Shown here one piece after another: positions 17,865 to 25,850 of a stretch of 64,000 nt of DNA. The position numbers and the translations under genes are program-made. The stretch's first letter is position 1, and each line of letters opens with the position of its first letter. The DNA is from Planctomycetota bacterium. GTDB lineage: Bacteria > Planctomycetota > PLA2. The DNA is taken from positions 4,490-68,489 of the forward strand of contig JAJFFH010000008.1 of the NCBI GenBank assembly GCA_021776735.1. The letters run 5' to 3'. The notes beneath the pieces are model-generated. The model did not search any database. It had not been told where the DNA came from and saw only the letters and a program-made list of their open reading frames with translations.

Positions 17865-18541
17865 CTAATCCTTGCGCTTGTACCACTCCAACCCGGGGCT
17901 ATGTTTTTTGGTGCGTACTCGCAGCGCGTCGCGCTCTTTTTTGGTGAGCGGCTTCAGGTTGCGGGCGACGTGGGCGGCCAGCTCGACATGCTTGACCTGA
18001 TCGCAGCCGACGATGCAGGTGTCGATGTTGGTTCCGTACGTGTAGCGCAGGCACTCTTCGGCGCCGATGATCTTTTTTTGCGGCAGGCGGCCCGAGCAAA
18101 ACACCTTCATCGCGATGACCGCGGTGCCCTGCTTGTTTGCGAACGGGAGTGCCTCTCGCGCAGCTCCTTGAGCGCCGCCTTCTTCCCGCGCTTTTGCGTT
18201 TTTGTGGCGAGGAAGACCTTGTCGCGGCGCTTGTCGCGTTCGAGCGCAAGACCGAGCTTGCGTTCGCTGTGCCCGGACCGGTACGACGGCGCGACGTCGA
18301 AGTAGTCGACCCCGAGATCCATCGCGCGGTGCACGACCTTTGTCGCGTCGTCGTCCGAGAGTCGTCCCGCCCCGATCTGAAACCCGCCGAACCCGGCCAG
18401 CGAGACCTTGGCCCCGGTACGCCCGAGGAGCCGCCGCGGCATCGGCCGCGCGTCCGCAAACAGCGGCCATGAATGGGTCAGCGAAAGCCCAGCCGCCGCA
18501 GCGGACCCGGCGAGAAAGCGGCGACGCGTGACATCGGCCAT
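17865..18541 (-). pseudogene. Tat-signal aldo/keto reductase with internal deletion and frameshift
   Basis: The N-terminal part (MADVTRRRFLAGSAAAAGL..., GVDYFDVAPSYRSGHSERKLGLALERDKRRDKVFLATK) and the C-terminal part (GTAVIAMKVFCSGRL...CLRYTYGTNIDTCIVGCDQVKHVE) lie in different frames. They are joined near 18150-18160, and roughly 100 central residues expected for the family are missing. Confidence 0.7.
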
Positions 18542-18600
18542 GCCTCCATTATCCCCGAGACGGCCCCGAGTGGGCCCCTCGCCTGGGACGCGAAGCCGAA

Positions 18601-19011
18601 TCAAAGGCTGAACGCGTCGGCCACGTGCGCCGCAAAACGTCTGAGGTCGTCGACACGGTCGCGGACGATGGACTCGATGATGGCTCCCTCGATTTCAGCG
18701 TACCGGTGGACGGCCAAGTTCCGGAAGCCCGCCATGCGCCGGAGGTTGTCTGCCAACTCCTCGTCGATCACGCCGTGCCGATGGAGGATCGTGAACGATT
18801 CCGCTTGGGTTGCGGGCGCTCCGTACCTCTCGCTGGCGATCACGTGGGCGGCGAGGTCCAGGCACGCCTGCGTTGCGTTGACGAGGTTGAGGATCGTGAG
18901 TTCCTCGACATCCACGGGCAGAAGTCCCGGTCGGTTGCGAACCTCCCGAATTCGCTCGAGATGCCGTTCGATGGCGGCGATCTTGCCCCGGGCGATGTCA
19001 GGCTCGACCAC
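18601..19011 (-). CDS. hepT: HEPN-domain toxin (DUF86, HepT-like)
   Basis: 136 aa from GTG 19011. Has the RX4H motif in RRMAGFRNLAVHRYAEI. Overlaps the upstream MNT gene by 14 nt. Confidence 0.8.
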   Translation of the reverse strand: MVEPDIARGKIAAIERHLERIREVRNRPGLLPVDVEELTILNLVNATQACLDLAAHVIASERYGAPATQAESFTILHRHGVIDEELADNLRRMAGFRNLAVHRYAEIEGAIIESIVRDRVDDLRRFAAHVADAFSL

Positions 19012-19399
19012 GGATTCTCCGAAGCGCTGCGCTCTCGATAGGGGCGAGGAATTGCCGCAGATCCTCGTACCGTGCCACGAGGCGGGCCAAAAAGAGGACC
19101 CGGCGGCTGGGCGATCGTTCGTACAGGAGGCGCCCGTGCCGAGCCACCTGCATGGCGAGGATCGGCGAGGCTCGGTCCAGGTCCACGAGGTCCACTTCGC
19201 GCCCGACGATGACGGCGAGGTCGGCCCGCGCGGCCAATAGCTCCTGCACGTCGGGCGGCGAGCGAAACAATGCCGCGAGATCGAGGTCGGAGTCCGGCCG
19301 CGCCGCATCCGCCGCGACCGAGCCGAAGAGCCAGAGCGTCTCGAGGCCGAAGTACTCGTCGAGTACGCGGGTCACTCGGTCAACCTGCTCGGGGTCCAT
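18998..19399 (-). CDS. mntA: minimal nucleotidyltransferase antitoxin (MntA-like)
   Basis: LWLFGSVAADAARPDSDLDLAALF is the GSx10DxD nucleotidyltransferase motif. The start could alternatively be ATG 19453. Confidence 0.8.
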   Translation of the reverse strand: MDPEQVDRVTRVLDEYFGLETLWLFGSVAADAARPDSDLDLAALFRSPPDVQELLAARADLAVIVGREVDLVDLDRASPILAMQVARHGRLLYERSPSRRVLFLARLVARYEDLRQFLAPIESAALRRIRGRA

Positions 19400-19448
19400 C
19401 AGCTCGGGAGGCAACACTCCGGCGCATCGTATCACCAAGCGCGGCACA

Positions 19449-19468
19449 GACATCGCCGTCCCGCCTGC
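19449..19468 (+). repeat. ATCGCCGTCCGT motif, variant copy
   Basis: GACATCGCCGTCCCGCCTGC; 92 nt upstream of ATG 19561. Confidence 0.65.
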
Positions 19469-19560
19469 GCTCCTACGGGGCTACGGCGCGGGCCGTTTGC
19501 TGTCTCCGTACGCGTGCTCTCTTTGGGGGAGGTCTCCGGTACGTTGCAAGGTGAAGAACC

Positions 19561-21487
19561 ATGGCATCCCGTACACGCAAGAAGAAGGCGGCTGGGCGGC
19601 GCGTGCAGCTCAAGCCGCAGGATAGTTTCGATCTCATCCGGCTGCTGGCGACAAGCCAGTCCGACCCGCGCAAGGCCGTCGCGGAGCTCGTGCAGAACTC
19701 GCTCGATGCCGGGGCGCGCCACGTCACGGTCACGTGGTTCAACGAGCGGGGACGGCGCGCGCTGCGCATCCTCGACGACGGGGCCGGCGTGTTTCCGGAG
19801 CTGGAACGCGAAGCGGCGCTGCGGCGCATCGCGCAGACCATCGGCCACTCGCACAAGCGCGACCTCGACCCGGTGAAGCGCCGCGAGCTGATGATGCTGG
19901 GCCAGTACGGCATCGGCCTGCTCGGGTTTTGGAGCCTCGGCGAGGAAATGGAGGTGCGCAGCCGCGTCGGCGGCGCAAGTCCGGTGAGCCTGCGGATGCG
20001 GCGCGACGTGCGGCACGGCGAGATCGCGGGCGCGCGCGCGGCGCCTGGACGAAGCCGACACCTACACCGAGATCACGATCCGGCGCCTCTTGCCGCCCGC
20101 CGTTCGGCAGGTCCGTCCGGCGCGTTTGCATCTGTACCTGTCGCGCGAACTGCGCGGGCAGCTCCTCGGCCGCGACGTCGAACTCGTGATCCACGACCGG
20201 GTTGCGCGCGGCCTGTCCCGCAAGCAGTGGCACGTCGTGGCGCAGCCATATCTCGGCCGGCCGTTGCGCGAGATCGCCGTCCTCCCGGTGCCGGGGCACA
20301 CCGACGCGTCCGTGGAGCTCTACTACGTCTCGCCGGATGAGGACCGGGACGGGCTCGTCGAGCTGACGTGCGGTGGCGCGACGGTGCTCGACGACCTGGC
20401 AGCCGTGGATGGCGATGCGGAAGGTCATGCCGATGAAAAGGAACAAGGGAGGGGCGGGGGCGGCGCCGCGGGTGCGGGCCGGCGATATCCGTGGAGTTCC
20501 GGCCGCTTCGAGGGGGTCATCGACTTTCCCGAGTTGCAGGTCGCGCCCAGCACGCGGCGCGGCGTGGTCGCGAACGCGGCGTTCGAGGCCTTCTTGGAAG
20601 CGTTACCCAGCCTGGAGGCCCAGCTTCGCGCGCTTTTGGCCGAGGAAAACGCGCGGCGCGAACAGCAAAGGCAAGAACGCGTGGCCGTCGAACTCCGGCG
20701 CGCGTTCCGCTCCGTCGCACGAAGCCTGCCGGAATACGACATGTTCGACGTCGGCGCCCGCGCGCGCAACAAGCCGCCCGATCCCGACGCTGACCCCGAT
20801 CCCGACACCGTCGACGCGCCGCTCCGGGAAGCCGCGCCGGGCGCCCCGGTCGATCCTGTCGCGGAAGACACCACCGGACCGCCCGCGGAGTCGGACGACG
20901 AATCTCCCGCGCTGTTCCCGCCGGGTCCGCTCGCCGAGGTTCGCATCCGCCCGGCCCGGCCGCGGGCCGGGCCCGGCGGAACGCGTGCGTTGGCGGCCAC
21001 CGTCCGGGACGCGGACGGCCGTACGTTGCCGCCCGACGCGGGTGTGACGTTTTTCTGGGAGCTGGAAGGCCCGGGCGCACTTCAGCAGGACGGGCGCCGT
21101 GCGAGATACGAAGCACCCGACCACCTCGGCGCCGCCCAGGTCACCGTGCGCGCCACCCAGGGCGAAAACGCCTGCGAAGCAACCGTACGCATTGAGATCA
21201 CCGACGCTGGCGCGGGCCCGGACAAGTCGATCGGCATTCCCGAACCGCGCGCGGTGAACGCCCCGGGCGAACGGTGGCGTGCGCGCATGACCGCCGACAC
21301 CTGGGAATACAACGAGGGCCATCGCGACTATCGCGCCGTGGCGGACGTCGCCGCCCAGCGCGTGCGCTATCTCTCCCATCTGTTTGCCAAAGAACTGGTG
21401 CTCCGCAACTTCGGCCGCCCGGCCGACGCCGTGGTCCTGGAGCGCATGGTGGAGGTCATCACCTATCTCCACGCGCGCGGCGGCTGA
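19561..21487 (+). pseudogene. GHKL (HATPase_c_3-type) ATPase with C-terminal Ig-like domain, frameshifted in a GC run near 20027-20043
   Basis: N-box ELVQNSLDAGA, G1 DDGAGV, G2 GQYGIGLLGF in ORF 19561. Sensible sequence continues in ORF 20090 (RLDEADTYTEITIRRLLPPAVRQV... upstream of its annotated start). The C-terminal region is Big_2-like (RALAATVRDADGRTLPPDAGVTFFWELEGPG...AQVTVRATQGENACEATVRIEI). Confidence 0.7.
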
Positions 21488-21508
21488 CGGTCGTCTCCCC
21501 GCGTTTGG

Positions 21509-21970
21509 TCAAGGCGCCAGGCGCGCGGCTTCGGGCACCTCCTCTGCTTCCGTGCTGTCGGCGTGCACGGCGGCGGCGATGATGCGGTCGGTGGCCTGCT
21601 CGAGGTAGGTGCGCAGCTCGGCCTGCAGTGCCGTGAACTCCGGCCATAGCTCCTCGTCGATGAAACGCTCGGACGCGCGGACCATGATCGTCGTGCGGCG
21701 CTGACGCGGATAGCGGTAGGGTTGGACGCCGTGGCGGCGCAAGAGCGCGCGCAGCAGTTTGCGGCCCCATGGGTCGTGGACCGTGAGCCGGTACTCGGCC
21801 TCCGGCTCGGCGCGGACGTGCTCGTCCTGCACATCATCGAGTACGCCATCGAGCCGGTTCAGGATGCGTTCCCGCGCGGCCGCAGCCGCACGGCGCTCGC
21901 CGTCGGTGCCCGCGCGGGCGTGGAGCGCCTGGATCTTTTCCAGCAGCGCAATGAGTTCTTGTTCTGTCAT
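21509..21970 (-). CDS. hypothetical protein (153 aa)
   Basis: MTEQELIALLEKIQALHARAGTDGERRAAAAARERIL...; helical with ordinary composition. No confident family assignment. Confidence 0.5.
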   Translation of the reverse strand: MTEQELIALLEKIQALHARAGTDGERRAAAAARERILNRLDGVLDDVQDEHVRAEPEAEYRLTVHDPWGRKLLRALLRRHGVQPYRYPRQRRTTIMVRASERFIDEELWPEFTALQAELRTYLEQATDRIIAAAVHADSTEAEEVPEAARLAP

Positions 21971-22064
21971 GGCCTGGTTCGCTTCCGGGCCAAAGGATGG
22001 ACCCGGGGTCCGACAGTTCTCCGGACCGGTCCCGAAGATCCTTTGGCGGAGGCCGATCGCGACA

Positions 22065-22083
22065 AACATCGCCGTCCGTACGC
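22065..22083 (+). repeat. ATCGCCGTCCGT motif copy (exact core 22068-22079, top strand)
   Basis: AACATCGCCGTCCGTACGC; ends 10 nt before the TATCCT hexamer and 22 nt before ATG 22106. Confidence 0.9.
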
Positions 22084-22093
22084 ATACGCCCGG

Positions 22094-22099
22094 TATCCT
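22094..22099 (+). promoter_or_regulatory. -10-like hexamer TATCCT, 6 nt before ATG 22106
   Basis: The same arrangement (TATCGT-8 nt-ATG) recurs in the degenerate copy at 25013-25032. Confidence 0.45.
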
Positions 22100-22105
22100 G
22101 CCGCG

Positions 22106-22687
22106 ATGGCGAACATCGAGCTCGTGAACGACGACGATGCAACCGGGACGCTCCGCGCCTTCTACGACGCCGCGATCAGCCGCGCGGGGAGGGTCTACAA
22201 CATCGTGCGCACGATGAGCCCGAACCCCGCGGTGCTCGAGGCGTCGATGCGCCTTTATATGCAGGTCATGAAGGGGCCGTCCGGGCTGACGCGCCGCGAG
22301 CGCGAACTGATCGCAACGGTGACCAGCCGCACTAACGATTGCTACTACTGAACCCTCGCGCACGCGGACGACTTTCGCCAGTTGGGCGGAGACGACGAGG
22401 TGGCGCGGGGGCTGATCAACGAGGGAAGCCTACGGACGGCGATGCTTTCCGAGCGCGAGCGAGCGCTGTGCGGGTACGCCGAGAAACTCACGAAGACCCC
22501 GGCTGCGGTGGGGCCGACCGACCTCGACGCGCTGCGCACGCACGGTCTCACGGACCGCGATCTCCACGACGCCGTGCAGGTGATCAGCTACTTCAACTAC
22601 ATCAACCGTGTCGCGGACGCGCTGGGCACGGATTTGGAACCGGAGATGTCGGCGCGGCCGGCGGGGTGGGGGGACGGCTCGCGCTAG
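22106..22687 (+). CDS. AhpD-like / carboxymuconolactone-decarboxylase-family peroxidase-related protein, selenocysteine candidate (TGA 22349-22351)
   Basis: ORFs ending at 22351 and starting at 22382 share one frame. Read-through gives ...RERELIATVTSRTNDCYY-TGA-TLAHADDF...ERERALCGYAEKLTKTPAAV... The TGA occupies the second Cys of the family CxxC(L/T)xAH motif. Confidence 0.8.
22373..22391 (+). promoter_or_regulatory. candidate bacterial SECIS-like hairpin
   Basis: TTTCGCC-AGTTG-GGCGGAG: 7-bp stem including two G-U pairs. The apical loop contains GU and lies 29-33 nt after the UGA. Small, and not validated. Confidence 0.35.
22430..22446 (-). repeat. ATCGCCGTCCGT motif copy (exact core 22432-22443, bottom strand) inside the AhpD-like CDS
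   Basis: CTACGGACGGCGATGC, encoding ...LRTAML...; about 80 nt downstream of the TGA. Confidence 0.9.
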
Positions 22688-23019
22688 TGCCCCACGCCCC
22701 AGAGTTGCCAGGCGGCCCAAAAGTGGGGGTGACGCCACTGTGGTTGGGCGCGTACGTGGTTCATGGCTTCGCGTAGGGCCGTGGCGGGATCTTGGCCGGC
22801 TTTTCGCCAGCGTTCGTGGAACTTTTCATGAGGGCCGTGGTGGCCTGGTCATCGACCTTCCACAGGGACACGATGACGCGCGGTGCTCCCGCGAACATGA
22901 ACGCGCGGGTCAGGCCGATGATGCCTTCCGCCTTGTAGACCTTGCCGCGCGCGGTTTCGCATGCCGACAGCACCACGAGGTCGGCGCGGATCCTGCTGCG
23001 AAACACTTCGAGGGCGGTG

Positions 23020-23037
23020 AAATCGCCGTCCGTAAGC
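23020..23037 (+). repeat. ATCGCCGTCCGT motif copy (exact core 23022-23033, top strand) inside the CHAT remnant
   Basis: AAATCGCCGTCCGTAAGC; antisense to the remnant, where it encodes LTDGD. Confidence 0.85.
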
Positions 23038-23229
23038 GCCAGCGCGCTTTGGAGCGGGTGCGTGACGGGACCCGCCTACGCGAGTTGGCTGAGCGACACC
23101 CACATCGTCGTGACCGGCAGCACGAGCAAGAGCATCGCCGTCCTGAAGGTGACCGACCTGATTGACCCGCAGGGGTCGTCGCAAGAACCGTAGCGGGGAG
23201 GCGCGCGTCCCCTCTGGCCATCGGAGGCG

Positions 23230-23248
23230 GACATCGCCGTTCGTTTGC
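23230..23248 (+). repeat. ATCGCCGTCCGT motif, variant copy
   Basis: GACATCGCCGTTCGTTTGC (one mismatch), in the non-coding filler between the TPR ORF and the CHAT remnant. A further partial copy GAGCATCGCCGTCCTG lies at 23129-23144. Confidence 0.75.
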
Positions 23249-23446
23249 TCTCTCGGAGTTGTTTCGCGCGCCCGTACGGGGGCCCGCCCGTACGGGTGCC
23301 AGGTAATTCTGGTGCATCCGTACGCGTTGGGGGCGATCGAGCTTCGCTCGTGCGATTCTGCGAAATCGCGCCACGCGCAAGTCTGTGGCGCGAATCGACA
23401 CAACCACTGGCGCACCAACGACTTCGGAGTCGCGGCAGCTTTACCC

Positions 23447-23472
23447 GGCACCGTACCGCGGCACCGTACCGC
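23447..23472. repeat. perfect 13-bp tandem duplication (GGCACCGTACCGC x2)
   Basis: Read directly from the sequence. It lies in the last codons of the TPR ORF, immediately before its stop (23441-23443). Confidence 0.9.
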
Positions 23473-24987
23473 CGTAGTCGATCTCGCGGCCGAGTGCCAC
23501 CGATCGCTGTTGGTATCGCAACGCCTCGTCGAGATGGCCCATCATCCAGTGGACCGTGCCGACGTTGCCGAGGCCGAACGCCTCGCCCTGCCGGTTTCCC
23601 ATCTCAGTGGTCAGGGTGAGCGATTGTTGGTGGTAGTCGAGCGCCTTGTCGTACTGGGCCAGGCTTCGGTGCACGATGCCGATGTTGTCCAGCGTGATCG
23701 CGGTGCCCGGCTTGTCCCCGATCTCCTTCTTGAGTTGCAGCGCTCGGTCGTGGAGCGTCAGCGCGCGATCAAACTCGCCGAGCTGGAATCGGATGTTGCC
23801 GAGGTTGCCGAGCACCATCGCGACGCCCGCGCGGTTGCCCGCCGTCTGCATGAGTGCCTGCGAACGCGTGTATGCGTCGATTGCGCCGGGATAATCCGCG
23901 AGGAACTGGAGGTTGGCGCCGATGTTGAGCAGCGCACGTCCCTGGAGGATGACGTCGCCGAGCTCTTCGCCGCGCGCGAGGGCTTGCCGTTGAAGGGCGA
24001 GCGCCGCACGATACTCCGAACGGCGAAACGAGATGTTGCCCTGGTTGACCAGCGCCTTCGCAACGCCCGCGCGATTGCCTAGCTCCTCGCAAAGCTGCAT
24101 GGATTCGCGCTGCGTCGCGAGCGCGCGTTCGTACTGGCCGAGCGCCTCGTAGACCGTGCCGAGGTTGCCGAGCACCTGCGCGACATCGGTCTTCGCCTTG
24201 AGTTTGCGCAGCGTGGCGAGCGCCCCGGTGTAGAGCTCGAGCGCGCCGGCAAAGTCGCCGACGAGCTGCCGCGTAACGGCTACAAGCTGCTGCGCCTGCG
24301 CCGTCCCGAGTTCGTTCCCGCGTTGTTTCTCAAGAGCCAGTCGTCGCCGCCACATCCGCTCCGCCGTCGCAAAGTCGGAATGGAAGTACGCGGCGACCCC
24401 ACCCTCGTGCGCCGCCTCGGACGCGCCGCGCAACCAACCGAGTTTCTGCGCGAGCTCGACGGATCGCTCGCACATCTTCACCGCCTCGTCGAACCTCTGC
24501 GCCAGCCGCATTCCGACACCGCGCGCATGGAGCACACGCGCGGAAGAGACGTCGTCCCCGAGCTTGACCGTGCGCAGCGCCCCCAACATGCCCGCGCCGT
24601 CGTTTTTTGCCTGTGCCTGCCCGGCCACGGCGAGCCCCGCACTCGCGCTCCGGCTGACGGCGACCGTACGATGCGCGGCCACGTACGCCGGAAGCCTCTT
24701 GGTGTCCTTTCGCAAACCGGCTTTCGCAAACACCGCGGCGGCGTCGTGCGATCCACGGAGCAGGAGCGCATCCACCGCGAGCCACGGATCGGGAGTGTCC
24801 GCCGCCGCGAGCGCCTTGAGCGCCGCGTCATCCTTGCGCCGAACCGCGTCCTCGATCTTCGCAACCGGATCCTGAGCGAGCGCGGAAGCCTCCGAAATCA
24901 AGACGACGGTCAGCAGGCGAACCCAACCCATCGAACTCACAAGGGCCAGCGTAGCCGAGCTGCCGCCCCAAAGCGACAACGCTCCCA

Positions 24988-25006
24988 GACATCGCCGTCC
25001 GTTTGC
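24988..25006 (+). repeat. ATCGCCGTCCGT motif copy (exact core 24991-25002, top strand)
   Basis: GACATCGCCGTCCGTTTGC; 9 nt beyond the annotated TPR start. It heads a degenerate copy of the AhpD-like leader and first codons. Confidence 0.9.
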
Positions 25007-25325
25007 TTACGCCCGGTATCGTGGCCGCCGATGACGCAACCGGAACCTTCCTACGACGTCGCCTTTCAGCGCGCGGGCCGGGTCCCCCCGGCTGGCTTCA
25101 AGAACATCAAGCAGGACGACCCGCTGCACGACGCCGCTGCACGAGGCCGCGGCGCAAGCGTTGCGCGATACCTCTCCGGAGGACTCGACCCGGACCGTAT
25201 CCGTGACCGGCCACCTCACGGTGTCTTCTTCGATCGCCTCGAGGCCGCGCGCCAGGCGACGTTTTTTTTCCGCTTGGTGGCGGCGGGTTTTCTGCCGTCT
25301 TCTTCTTGGCCTTCCTGGTCGCGGG

Positions 25326-25559
25326 GTACAGGGTTGCCTGCTGCTTGCTGAGGAGGCAATGCACCGACACCTCGGTCTTGTCGGGAAGATCGGAGATGAC
25401 GTTCTTGTCGGTCTTCAGTCTTCTGAGGATGTAGGGCTGAACCAGCGTGCGCAGCGGCGCATAGGCGTGGTGCCGGCGCGCAGCCAGGGACTTGCAGAAA
25501 CCGCTGAATGGCTTGGCCGTGCCCAGCAGGCCCGGGCTCAGAAACTCGAAGATCGACCA
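25326..25559 (-). pseudogene. SNF2-family helicase fragment
   Basis: WSIFEFLSPGLLGTAKPFSGFCKSLAARRHHAYAPLRTLVQPYILRRLKTDKNVISDLPDKTEVSVHCLLSKQQATLY matches the region between SNF2 motifs III and IV. Sequence on both sides is non-homologous. Locally lower GC. Confidence 0.7.
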
Positions 25560-25789
25560 GCAGGGGCTAGAGCAATGCCCGCAGTTACTTTCTGTTTCTG
25601 GCACCGGGATACTCCTGCAGTGCCCGATTGACTCGGGTTCGATCGGGTCCAAGGCCGCTTATACCGCGGCACGTCAACGGTTGCTGCGCCTCGGAGCCGG
25701 CATCGAGCGCTCGCTGGGTCGTCGCGCCGCCGATTGTAAGACCGAGTAGGTCGCGGTTGGGCGCGGGGTGTGTCCCGCTCGCGGCCAGA

Positions 25790-25807
25790 GACACGCCGTC
25801 CGTATGC
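25790..25807 (+). repeat. ATCGCCGTCCGT motif, variant copy
   Basis: GACACGCCGTCCGTATGC (one base missing from the core); 43 nt upstream of ATG 25851. Confidence 0.65.
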
Positions 25808-25835
25808 TCCATGCGGCAGGTGCCTCCCGGTGTCG

Positions 25836-25841
25836 TAGAAT
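25836..25841 (+). promoter_or_regulatory. -10-like hexamer TAGAAT, 9 nt before ATG 25851
   Basis: TAnnnT hexamer at leaderless-type spacing. Confidence 0.5.
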
Positions 25842-25850
25842 CCGGGCGGA

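Larger units (their letters stand above)
22684..24979 (-). pseudogene. TPR-CHAT (caspase-like protease) gene, disrupted
   Basis: ORF 23441..24979 has a signal-like N-terminus plus many TPR_12-type repeats (NLGNIRFQLGEFDRAL etc.). The CHAT C-terminal half survives at 22684-23075 (ALALTDGDFTALEVFRSRIRADLVVLSACETARG...GLTRAFMFAGAPRVIVSLWKVDDQATTALMK then, in another frame, FHERWRKAGQDPATALREAMNHVRAQPQWRHPHFWAAWQLWGVGH). Lesions: in-frame TAG at 23076-23078, a frameshift in an A4 run near 22824-22827, and a missing N-terminal CHAT half. Confidence 0.75.
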
